A DNA stretch of 64,000 nucleotides from Infirmifilum sp. GTDB taxonomy: Archaea; Thermoproteota; Thermoprotei; Thermofilales; Thermofilaceae. The stretch lies in assembly GCA_041287245.1 (NCBI GenBank), contig JBEULP010000003.1, forward strand, positions 32,001-96,000, in the 5' to 3' direction. The notes below the pieces were generated by a model. The model did no database searches and was not told the DNA's origin. It saw nothing but the letters and a program-made list of their open reading frames with translations. A program made the position numbers and the translations under genes. Below are positions 56,052 to 64,000 of this stretch, one piece after another (positions within the stretch are counted from its first letter, which is position 1; every line of letters begins with the position of its first letter).

Positions 56052-57028
56052 GGTATTTCAACCTCGTCCAGCCGCCAGAGAGGCCTAATTCTACTATCTT
56101 CTATGGGGACCTTAACACCGCTGGAGTAGGCTAGGGCACCCGTATATGCAATCATCGCCCCATTGTCCCCTGCAAGCTCGCCGACAACCCTTGAAACCCT
56201 CACACCCCTGGTCCGGCCCATGGCTTCGAGTTTTCCAAAGAGTATCTCGCTCCTTGCTACACCACCTGTAAGCACTACCTCCTTTTTGCCTGTGTGGGCC
56301 ACTGCGCGCTCCGTAACCTCCACGAGCATAGAGTAAGCTGTTTCAACCAGGCTAAAGCATAGGTCCTCCAATGCATACCGGTTCTCTTTGTAAAGCTTCA
56401 AGGCATACGTCAACAAGCCACTGTAGGAGAGATCCTGTCCCTTGACTATATAGGGTAGCTCGATGTAGTTGGAGCCTCTCTTGGCAAGCTCCTCTAGTTT
56501 GGGCACACCCGGGAAGCCCAGGCCTATCTCTCTAGCGAATGTATCCAAGCAGTTTCCAATGGGTATGTCAAGAGTCTCCCCGAAGACCCTGTATTTTCCC
56601 TCACTAAAAGCCGTGATAATCGTGTTACCCCCCGCTACATATACTACGACCGGATCCCTAGAGCCAGTGGACAATAAGGCTACCTCTACGTGTGCGACAG
56701 CATGGTTAACGGGTACAAGAGGCTTGTTATACTTGGCCGCTAAGAACCTGGCAAGTGTCGCGCCGACGCGCAGGCATGGTCCCATACCTGGACCTAGTGC
56801 CACAGCTACAGCGTCGACACTCCCTACGTCCAAACTTGCAGTCTCTAAAGCCTTTCTCAGAACCTCGGGAGCTACCCTACTGTGATGCTCGGCAGCTTCA
56901 CTTGGTTTTATCCCGCCGGAGGTTGGGTGATAGGTCTTATAGATGTTTGCTAGTATATTACCACGTTCTGTCGCTATTCCTACTCCAAAAGTATGTGCGG
57001 TTGATTCTATTCCTAAAACGATGACCAT
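56039..57028 (-). CDS. kae1: tRNA t6A threonylcarbamoyltransferase Kae1
   Basis: LGIESTAHT, GPGMGPCL, VNHAVAH, GETLD, DNGAMIA. Confidence 0.97.
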   Translation of the reverse strand: MVIVLGIESTAHTFGVGIATERGNILANIYKTYHPTSGGIKPSEAAEHHSRVAPEVLRKALETASLDVGSVDAVAVALGPGMGPCLRVGATLARFLAAKYNKPLVPVNHAVAHVEVALLSTGSRDPVVVYVAGGNTIITAFSEGKYRVFGETLDIPIGNCLDTFAREIGLGFPGVPKLEELAKRGSNYIELPYIVKGQDLSYSGLLTYALKLYKENRYALEDLCFSLVETAYSMLVEVTERAVAHTGKKEVVLTGGVARSEILFGKLEAMGRTRGVRVSRVVGELAGDNGAMIAYTGALAYSSGVKVPIEDSRIRPLWRLDEVEIPWRK

Positions 57029-57037
57029 CTTCAGCTC

Positions 57038-57196
57038 CTATAGGAACTCTGTATATCCACACTTGCCGCATGCCCAACGCTCGACGGGTTTCTTGTGATA
57101 AGCCATTATAGAGCCGCACCTCGGGCACTTCTTGTTTTTCAACTTGATGGTGCCGGTCTTGTAATCATACTCGTATAGCTTGCTGACCTCCGACAA
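57038..57196 (-). CDS. rps27ae: 30S ribosomal protein S27ae (below the ORF-track length cutoff)
   Basis: Manual translation from [55 protein letters not shown]; between rps24e and kae1. Confidence 0.95.
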   Translation of the reverse strand: MSEVSKLYEYDYKTGTIKLKNKKCPRCGSIMAYHKKPVERWACGKCGYTEFL

Positions 57197-57201
57197 AAAG
57201 A

Positions 57202-57528
57202 TCACCCTTGCTGTGGTTGAGCAGCAGCTTCTTCTTTTATAAGCCCGTTTCTTTTTAGAATATATGTCGGCTCAAACTCCCTTGCTTTTTCAAAAGACTC
57301 GTAGATGTGTATGGATGCACGGGTGGTGCAGGTGCCGTAGTCTGTGAGAACCTTCCGCACTACAACCACACTGTTGCCTGATAGGGCTAGAGTGCTCTTC
57401 ACCATCTCGGCGATCTGTTGCCTCGCCGGCGTGCCTGTGCCTGCGTGGTCGACCTCAACCACTAGTTCTCTGCGAGGAACCAGCTTGTTAACACGCTCTT
57501 TCAAGATTTTTACTACTCCCTGAGACAT
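57202..57528 (-). CDS. rps24e: 30S ribosomal protein S24e
   Basis: [24 protein letters not shown]. Confidence 0.93.
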   Translation of the reverse strand: MSQGVVKILKERVNKLVPRRELVVEVDHAGTGTPARQQIAEMVKSTLALSGNSVVVVRKVLTDYGTCTTRASIHIYESFEKAREFEPTYILKRNGLIKEEAAAQPQQG

Positions 57529-57666
57529 ACTCTCCTTTCCGGCAATGGTTTCACATTCTTAAATATTTTGCACTTTCGCTCGCCTGCCCCCAATGAGACG
57601 TCTCTAGCGCATGAGCCGCGAAACGTTTAAACAAGCCTTCGTGTATCATATTACAAGGTGAGTTGC

Positions 57667-58176
57667 ATGGAGGATTTTGACCAATGGTTTAGAAGAGTAC
57701 GTAAGTTAATGGAAGATATGGATAAGATGTTTGAAGATATCATGCGTGAGCCTTTCCTTGAAGAGGGCGGCAGAAGTAGGGTCATCGGCCCATACTATTA
57801 TGGCTTCTCAGTTGAAATCGGGCCGGATGGTGTGCCAAAGGTTCGCGAGTGGGGCAATATACGCCCAGGGCCTATCCGGCCGGTCGTAAAGGATACTATT
57901 GAGCCATTTACCGACGTGTTCGACGAGGGAGACCACTACCGCATAATTATGGATCTACCGGGCGTAGAGAAAGACCAGATAAACGTTGAGACCACGGAAA
58001 ACTCTCTTGTGGTTTCTACTACGGGTGAGAGAAAATACTACAAGGAGGTATCATTAAAGGAGCCAATCAAGCCTGAAAGCGCTAAAGCACAGTATAAAAA
58101 CGGAGTTTTAACGATAACCGTAGAGAAAAAGGAGAAGAAAGCGAAGGAAAGAGGATTTAAAATCAAGGTTGAGTAA
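57667..58176 (+). CDS. hsp20: Small heat shock protein (Hsp20)
   Basis: GPYYYGFSVEIGPDG.P, DLPGVEK, AQYKNGVL, IKVE tail. Confidence 0.95.
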   Translation: MEDFDQWFRRVRKLMEDMDKMFEDIMREPFLEEGGRSRVIGPYYYGFSVEIGPDGVPKVREWGNIRPGPIRPVVKDTIEPFTDVFDEGDHYRIIMDLPGVEKDQINVETTENSLVVSTTGERKYYKEVSLKEPIKPESAKAQYKNGVLTITVEKKEKKAKERGFKIKVE

Positions 58177-58178
58177 AT

Positions 58179-59450
58179 TTAAAGTTTTATTTCTACTTCT
58201 TCACCGAGGGATGGGACAATTGCTTCTCTACCGTTTTCTTGAACATACCTAGACATGGTTCTCTCAGCTTCAGGCTCCCCGTGTACAAGCAGAAATTTTG
58301 CGCTACTCTTAGAGATTCTTATGGATTCTATTAGCTCGCTTCTACCGCAATGGGCGGAAAAGTCGAACCATTCAACCCTAGCCTTAACAGTGCCCTTCTT
58401 TGTTGGAGATGCAAATATTCCCGTTTCGAGGATTTGCCGCGCCGGGGTTTGGGGAATTGCAAAGCTAACAAATATAACCGCGTTTTTCTCGTTCTCCATG
58501 ATCTTCTCCATATACCACTCGCTCGGCCCGCCGTGTAACATACCGGCTGGGGATATTATCACCGAGGGTTCTTCTACGGCTTTCTTGCGGTCGTTCCAGT
58601 CTCTGATTTTTCTCGCCATCTGTACTGCCTTCTCGTAGAGCCTAGGGTCTCTGAGCAGGTAGGCATCGTTCAGTATCAGCTCGCTGGCGGCGCGGGCCAT
58701 CCCGTCGAGATATATCTTGTAGGGAAAATTATACTTGGCGAGAACACATAGAATCTCTTGCGCTCTTCCAACAGCGAAGGACGGTATAAGTACTGTTCCA
58801 CCGTTCTCTATTACTTCTTTTACCGTAGCTATGAAGGCACTCTCAACCCAGTCCCTTGGAGGGTGATCATATTCAGCATATGTAGACTCGGTTATGACAA
58901 GGTCTGCATTCGCGAGCTCAGATTTATTACCCATGCGTAGAAGGCACGTGTCATGCAATGCATAGTCGCCGGTGTATAGGATAGTGTAACTACCCGTATC
59001 GATCGAGATCATTGAGCTACCGGGAATATGGCCTGCGTCGATTAAGCGGATTGTAACCCCGTTGAAATCGTATTCCTCGTCGTATCCCTTCAGGCTAGCA
59101 TTCTCGAGAGCCTTCCTCACCTCCTCGTATTCATACGGCACGTAGTACTTTGAGAGTTTAAGGAAGTCCCTTATGAGAAGGTCAGAAAGCGTCATCGTGA
59201 GAGATGTCATTAAGAGCGGAGGAGAACCTGAGACGTACAAGAGGGGCACAGCGCCACTGTGATCCAGGTGAGCATGGGACACTGCTACCAGCCCTACTTC
59301 ACGTGGTTTTACCGGTAGAGGAAACTGCGGCTCCTCGCCCTCGAGGCTCACACCATAGTCAAGCAGTATTTTTCGTCCATCATCAAGAGTTACGAGTATG
59401 CCCGATCTTCCTACCTCCTGCGCCGCTCCAAGCAGTTTTACTTTCATCAA
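58179..59450 (-). CDS. beta-CASP metallo-beta-lactamase ribonuclease (aCPSF2-like)
   Basis: EVGRS, SHAHLDHSG, AGHIPGS, ESTY, FAVGRAQE, FSAH, VHGE. Confidence 0.9.
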   Translation of the reverse strand: MMKVKLLGAAQEVGRSGILVTLDDGRKILLDYGVSLEGEEPQFPLPVKPREVGLVAVSHAHLDHSGAVPLLYVSGSPPLLMTSLTMTLSDLLIRDFLKLSKYYVPYEYEEVRKALENASLKGYDEEYDFNGVTIRLIDAGHIPGSSMISIDTGSYTILYTGDYALHDTCLLRMGNKSELANADLVITESTYAEYDHPPRDWVESAFIATVKEVIENGGTVLIPSFAVGRAQEILCVLAKYNFPYKIYLDGMARAASELILNDAYLLRDPRLYEKAVQMARKIRDWNDRKKAVEEPSVIISPAGMLHGGPSEWYMEKIMENEKNAVIFVSFAIPQTPARQILETGIFASPTKKGTVKARVEWFDFSAHCGRSELIESIRISKSSAKFLLVHGEPEAERTMSRYVQENGREAIVPSLGEEVEIKL

Positions 59451-59601
59451 TTATCTCCTGTTTCAAGCGGGTGAACGTAAAAAATAAATTTTATTGATCG
59501 CTGCCCGTAATATTCATCCTCAAAACGTTTGTTAGTTTGAAGATGCAGTGCCCCCTGTCAAAATGCGAAAACCTTAAGGCGCGTGTGAATACAGTGAAAT
59601 T

Positions 59602-60483
59602 ATGCGTTGTGAAGAAGCTTATCACAGCCTGGAGGCTTTTGCTGATAACGTCTACGAGTCCCGGGACTTCTTCGGCCTACCCGTTAAAGCCTTTGAGTTT
59701 GGATCACGTGAACACCCACCGTTACTTTTAGTCGGGGATCTTTATGGTTGTAGCCGCGCAGCTGAGGTTATTGTAGACACAATGCTGAGGTATACTGGCG
59801 ATGCACATATCGTAGCGGTCCCTTGTCCCTTCCCAAGTGTCTCTGAGGGGCTTTCAAAGTTGTCTAGAATCCTCGTGGGCGTGGAGTGCCAGGAACCCGA
59901 GAAATTCCGTGAGTTGTTATCACACGAGATTTCCCCCCTCTTTGAGAACAACAAGGTCTCTGTTTTCACGGCTGGAAATATTATTTTAGTTTTTCTTCAA
60001 GGAGGAGACACCCCGCAGATTGTAGAGCTTCACAACTCCTTTAAGGATCGCATGGTACTCTTTGTACGTGAAGATGGCTCGGTCGAGGTCTTTCAGATGC
60101 CCAGCAAAGAGGCCCTTACGGCGAGTTTGGAAAGCTTTTTAAAGGAGACGCCCACCCCGCTTTTAGCCGTAAATGTTAGATGTTGGAATCAAGGCGGGAG
60201 CTGTTTTTTCCTTCCTGAAAAATACTTCCCAGAAATCTCAGAGCTGGCAGCCCTCGCCTCCGCTCAACTCGAGGAAGCTCATCTTTGCCACGAGCCTATC
60301 CCTGGGGCGGAGCAGATCAGCAGGGGGGTTTTGAAGGTGCCAAGCGTGATGCTAAGTGAAGTCCTATCAGGAGATTTTCCAAGCTTAGAGTTGACGATTG
60401 GTTCGAAGAGCTACTTAGAAGCCTCACGATCAATTCTAGCAGTGCTTAACGCTGCTTATCTCTTGCGAGCTCTTCTCAGCTAA
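59602..60483 (+). CDS. Hypothetical protein, possibly degenerate M14/desuccinylase fold
   Basis: LLLVGDLYGCS and VAVPCPFP echo the M14 GxHGxE and PxxNP segments. Confidence 0.5.
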   Translation: MRCEEAYHSLEAFADNVYESRDFFGLPVKAFEFGSREHPPLLLVGDLYGCSRAAEVIVDTMLRYTGDAHIVAVPCPFPSVSEGLSKLSRILVGVECQEPEKFRELLSHEISPLFENNKVSVFTAGNIILVFLQGGDTPQIVELHNSFKDRMVLFVREDGSVEVFQMPSKEALTASLESFLKETPTPLLAVNVRCWNQGGSCFFLPEKYFPEISELAALASAQLEEAHLCHEPIPGAEQISRGVLKVPSVMLSEVLSGDFPSLELTIGSKSYLEASRSILAVLNAAYLLRALLS

Positions 60484-60546
60484 CCCCCTCAGTTCCCACA
60501 CGGAGCCCCTCATTAAATATATTTTATAGTTACAAGTCTAACAAAT

Positions 60547-61665
60547 GTGATTCCCTACGAGTTCGAGTTAAAACAGATTATTTCTCAGCGTGGCATCGCC
60601 GTCCAACCTTATTGCGTAGCTTCCAGTGCGAATCCCGCAAGCATAGAGGAGTGTCTTCAAGCCGTCAAACCCCCCTATGTCGTTAAGGCACAGGTAAGAG
60701 GGTGGGGAAGAGCCAAGGCAGGGCTTATAAGCTTCGCGGAGGACAAGGAAGAGGCTAGACGAATCGCCGTGGATCTCCTCAGCCGGACTTTTGACTCTAA
60801 ACCTATTAAGTATGTTGTTATTGCGCAGCGGCTGGATATTCTCAGGGAACTTTACCTTTCAATGATGATTGAACATAACCCCCCAGGCGTGTTGCTGCTT
60901 GCTTCAAGACTCGGTGGAGTGGACGTCGAATCTCAAACATCGGAGGGTGAATTGATCAAGATAAGGATAGATCCGTTCGAGGGGCTACGTAGTTATATGG
61001 TAAGGCGTGTTGCTCTCTTCCTTAGTGTTCCTCTCGAAGATACACGTAGGATATTAGAGGCCATGTACTCTATTCTCTGGGAATACAACCTTCACCTTTT
61101 AGAGCTAAATCCACTCGCAGTAACCGACAAGGGAGTTGTAGCACTAGACTCTAAGGCAATCGTGGATGACGATGCACTTGAGCTTAACCCTCGCCTGGCA
61201 GAGCTGAAGTCCCGTTATGAGGCGGAGCTTACTCGCGATGAGGCAGCCGCCAAGACATCGGGTTTTTCACTAGTAGATCTTACCGGCGACGTCGCAGTCG
61301 TGGGTAACGGTGCAGGGTTAACAATGGCTACTTTAGACGCGGTGGTGGAGGCGGGCGGAAGCCCCGGACTTTTTCTAGATCTGGGCGGTGGGGCCAGTGC
61401 CGAGAGAGTGGAGAAAGCCTTGTCCATAGTATTTGAAAAGTCCAGGATACGCCGAGTCCTTGTGAACATCCTAGGGGGGATCACGCGTTGCGACGAGGTA
61501 GCTCTCGGGGCTGTAAATGCCCTGCAGAGGTCACCGCGGAAAAACGTTAAGGTGGTCTTTAGGCTTTCAGGATTTAAAGAGAGCGAGGGACGTGAAATAC
61601 TTGTCAAGGCAGGTATTCCTGCGTTCCGTGACTTTGAAGAGGCTGTAAAAGAGGTGGTTAGCTGA
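60547..61665 (+). CDS. sucC: Succinyl-CoA synthetase (ADP-forming) beta subunit
   Basis: VKAQV..GRAKAG, GGVDVE, ELNPL, GNGAGL, DLGGGA, GGITRCD. Confidence 0.92.
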   Translation: MIPYEFELKQIISQRGIAVQPYCVASSANPASIEECLQAVKPPYVVKAQVRGWGRAKAGLISFAEDKEEARRIAVDLLSRTFDSKPIKYVVIAQRLDILRELYLSMMIEHNPPGVLLLASRLGGVDVESQTSEGELIKIRIDPFEGLRSYMVRRVALFLSVPLEDTRRILEAMYSILWEYNLHLLELNPLAVTDKGVVALDSKAIVDDDALELNPRLAELKSRYEAELTRDEAAAKTSGFSLVDLTGDVAVVGNGAGLTMATLDAVVEAGGSPGLFLDLGGGASAERVEKALSIVFEKSRIRRVLVNILGGITRCDEVALGAVNALQRSPRKNVKVVFRLSGFKESEGREILVKAGIPAFRDFEEAVKEVVS

Positions 61666-62537
61666 TGGGTATTATAGTTGACTCTAAGACCTTTGTATTG
61701 GTTCAAGGGATTACTGGTCGCCAGGGGGCAATGCACACGGAGGAGATGCTGAAGTATGGAACCAAGGTTGTAGCAGGCGTGACCCCTGGTAAAAAAGGCT
61801 CTCTGGTGCACGGCGTCCCTGTCTACGATACTGTTGAAGATGCTGTGAAGAATCACCCGGAGATAAACACCTCGATAATTTTTGTGCCAGCCGCGGCAGC
61901 GCCTGATGCCGTATACGAGGCGGTAGACAATGGAATTAAGACCGTCATAGTCATAACGGAGCACATCCCAGTTCACGAAACAATAAGGTTTGTACTCTAC
62001 GCGCGAAACCATGGAGCAACGCTCGTGGGCCCGAACACCCCCGGTGTCATCACTCCGCCTAGCGTCAAGGTTGGAATAATGCCAGGCGATTATTTTATCC
62101 CGGGACCCGTGGGCCTTATGTCTAGAAGCGGGACGCTTACATATGAGGTCTCCTTGCAGCTTGCTAAGCGTGGACTAGGTGTTTCCACGGCTGTCGGTAT
62201 AGGTGGGGATCCCGTGAGTGGAATTTCCTTTGAAGACGCTTATCTCCTTTTTGAAAAAGACCCGCAAACGAAGGTGGTTGTGTTGATCGGCGAGATTGGT
62301 GGTTATAAAGAAGAGAGCTTCGCCAAGTTCTACTCAAGCCGTCCCAACAGAAAGCCCGTAGTCGCCTTCATAGCTGGGAAAAGCGCCCCGCCTGGGAAGA
62401 AGATGGGGCACGCAGGCGCCATAGTCTACGGAAAGCGGGGAACTTATTCTACTAAGGTTGAGGCTCTTTCAGAAGCTGGTGTTAAAGTAGCTAAAACACT
62501 AGCAGAGATCCCTGAACTTGTTAAAGGCTTGTTATAA
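61665..62537 (+). CDS. sucD: Succinyl-CoA synthetase alpha subunit
   Basis: QGITG, GPNTPG, SRSGTLTYE, GEIGG, MGHAGA. Confidence 0.95.
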   Translation: MGIIVDSKTFVLVQGITGRQGAMHTEEMLKYGTKVVAGVTPGKKGSLVHGVPVYDTVEDAVKNHPEINTSIIFVPAAAAPDAVYEAVDNGIKTVIVITEHIPVHETIRFVLYARNHGATLVGPNTPGVITPPSVKVGIMPGDYFIPGPVGLMSRSGTLTYEVSLQLAKRGLGVSTAVGIGGDPVSGISFEDAYLLFEKDPQTKVVVLIGEIGGYKEESFAKFYSSRPNRKPVVAFIAGKSAPPGKKMGHAGAIVYGKRGTYSTKVEALSEAGVKVAKTLAEIPELVKGLL

Positions 62538-63207
62538 TTGTTCCTATACTTTCTCCCCTAATCACCCTTTTTATGTTTTCAGGAGGGTCTCCCTTTACAA
62601 CGCGAACCGGTATTTTTGACCGTTTAATTATCTGGAGCGTGAGGAGGTCGAGGAGCCGATACTCCCCTGCCTTTTGCACATTTGAAAACACCTCTATCAG
62701 TTTTTCCACACTGACTGATTCCAACAGCTTAGCGTTAGGGTCTTTTTTAGGATCGGCCGTGTAAACGCCTTCGACATCCGTCGCGATGATTAACCCGCTC
62801 CCAGTTGCCTCAGCAACAAGAGCTGACACAGTGGTGGTAGACTGGCCAGGCTGGAGTCCTCCCATGAAGAGAACAGGCATGTTTGAGGCATACATTCTAG
62901 CCAGCTCTTCCAACGTGGAGGGTACAGTCGGAAAAGCGTTGTAGAACATGGTATAAAGTAGAGAGGCATTAAGCCTCGACGCAAGTATTCCCAGCTGGTC
63001 AAGCGCCGACTCATTCAAAACACTTCCCCTAGCACAATTTATATACTGTCTCGCAGTCGCGCCTCCCCCTACAACAACTACGGTTTTTTTCTCCCTGACG
63101 CTTGGCTCCCGCAGTATATCTAAAAACCTTTGAATAAAGTCTATTCGTAAGGAACCGTTTTTCTCGAACAGTAGACTTCCTCCAAGTTTTACCACAAATC
63201 TATCCAT
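62521..63207 (-). CDS. pyrH: Uridylate kinase
   Basis: VVKLGGS, VVGGG..AR.YI, PGQSTT, DVEGVY.ADP; start trimmed to ATG 63207. Confidence 0.95.
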   Translation of the reverse strand: MDRFVVKLGGSLLFEKNGSLRIDFIQRFLDILREPSVREKKTVVVVGGGATARQYINCARGSVLNESALDQLGILASRLNASLLYTMFYNAFPTVPSTLEELARMYASNMPVLFMGGLQPGQSTTTVSALVAEATGSGLIIATDVEGVYTADPKKDPNAKLLESVSVEKLIEVFSNVQKAGEYRLLDLLTLQIIKRSKIPVRVVKGDPPENIKRVIRGESIGTIITSL

Positions 63208-63401
63208 GTCGTCCTGGAAAGGCACTGATAGTGCTTTAAGCTTTTCGCCTTTACATCGCGAGCTTTCATTCCCGGAAACTCCCGGCTGAGTCGGTGTCCA
63301 GCCCACGCGCGAAGAGCCGCGCAACAATCACGTCCAGAGACGTGCATGCGTAAAAATAAAAACTTATTAACATTGAATGCTGCTCCAATGTGTGAGCTGT
63401 G

Positions 63402-64000
63402 ATGAGCGAAAGTACTCATGCTACAATTGAGAGATATAAAATCGAGAAGCTGGTGGAGGAGTTAAAAAAGAAGGAAGGTAGAGGCACCGAACTCGTCTCA
63501 CTCTACGTGCCAGCCGGTAGACCAATCGCCGATGTCGTGAACACGTTAAACTACGAGTATGCCACTGCCTCCAACATAAAGGATAGGACAACTCGACATC
63601 ATGTCCTTGACGCGCTTGCAACCATTATCAATAGACTTAAACTTTTCCGCGAAACCCCTCCTAACGGTCTTGTAATGTTCGCGGGATACACGGCAAGTGA
63701 TGTTCCCGGGCGTGAAAAAATGGAGGTATATGTTCTGGAACCACCACAGAAACTCAAGGTATGGCTATACAGATGCGACTCGAGATTTTACACTGAGATA
63801 CTAGAAGATATGATTAAGGTTAAGGACGTCTACGCATTAATCCTCATAGAGCGGGACGAGGCAGCTATAGCTCTCCTCCGCGGAAAAAACCTTGAGATAG
63901 TTGACGAGCTTACCGCCGGGATCCCCGGCAAACATCGCGCGGGTGGACAGTCTGCGAGGAGGTTTGAGCGTATAATCGAGCAGCTTGTACACGAATTTTA
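63402..64000 (+). CDS. prf1: Peptide chain release factor aRF1 (3' end runs off the window)
   Basis: Manual translation: GRGTELVSLY, TASNIKD, YRCDSRF, PGKHRAGGQSARRF. Confidence 0.97.
   Translation, partial: MSESTHATIERYKIEKLVEELKKKEGRGTELVSLYVPAGRPIADVVNTLNYEYATASNIKDRTTRHHVLDALATIINRLKLFRETPPNGLVMFAGYTASDVPGREKMEVYVLEPPQKLKVWLYRCDSRFYTEILEDMIKVKDVYALILIERDEAAIALLRGKNLEIVDELTAGIPGKHRAGGQSARRFERIIEQLVHEF

Noticed and set aside
44528..62012. Long antisense ORFs such as 44528..45229 and 61215..62012
   Set aside because: Shadow frames of well-supported genes (pelota, sucCD) with no recognisable motifs.
1..64000. CRISPR arrays, IS elements, proviruses, rRNA genes
   Set aside because: No regularly spaced repeats, transposase, integrase or rRNA-like stretch was seen.

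Overview
Core-genome window from a hyperthermophilic crenarchaeon, most likely Thermofilaceae. This is an inference from the reverse gyrase, the archaeal information genes, a full-size type A RNase P RNA and the fact that every tRNA carries an intron. It encodes reverse gyrase (partial), the porGDAB oxidoreductase, four aminoacyl-tRNA synthetases, a split ribosomal-protein operon, Cdc6, KEOPS/Rio1/Dim2/Nep1/pelota, SucCD, PyrH and aRF1 (partial). The non-coding layer is rich: SRP RNA and RNase P RNA in tandem, eight intron-containing tRNAs (D-loop, 30/31, 32/33 and 37/38 introns) and three box C/D sRNAs. No CRISPR array, integrase or IS element was seen. The most notable candidates are: (1) an ArsR-HTH fused to a catalytically dead class III ribonucleotide reductase, a possible nucleotide-sensing regulator; (2) a C/D sRNA apparently co-transcribed with tRNA-Arg whose guide matches the 16S rRNA 3' end; (3) two C/D guides predicted to methylate wobble C34 of tRNA-Leu(CAA) and tRNA-Ala(CGC); (4) a leuS gene with no ATG/GTG/TTG upstream of its HIGH motif, implying an ATT or CTG start; (5) two tRNA-Ser genes with identical promoter/leader flanking cdc6, near ORB-like motifs. 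All calls were made by eye without database searches.
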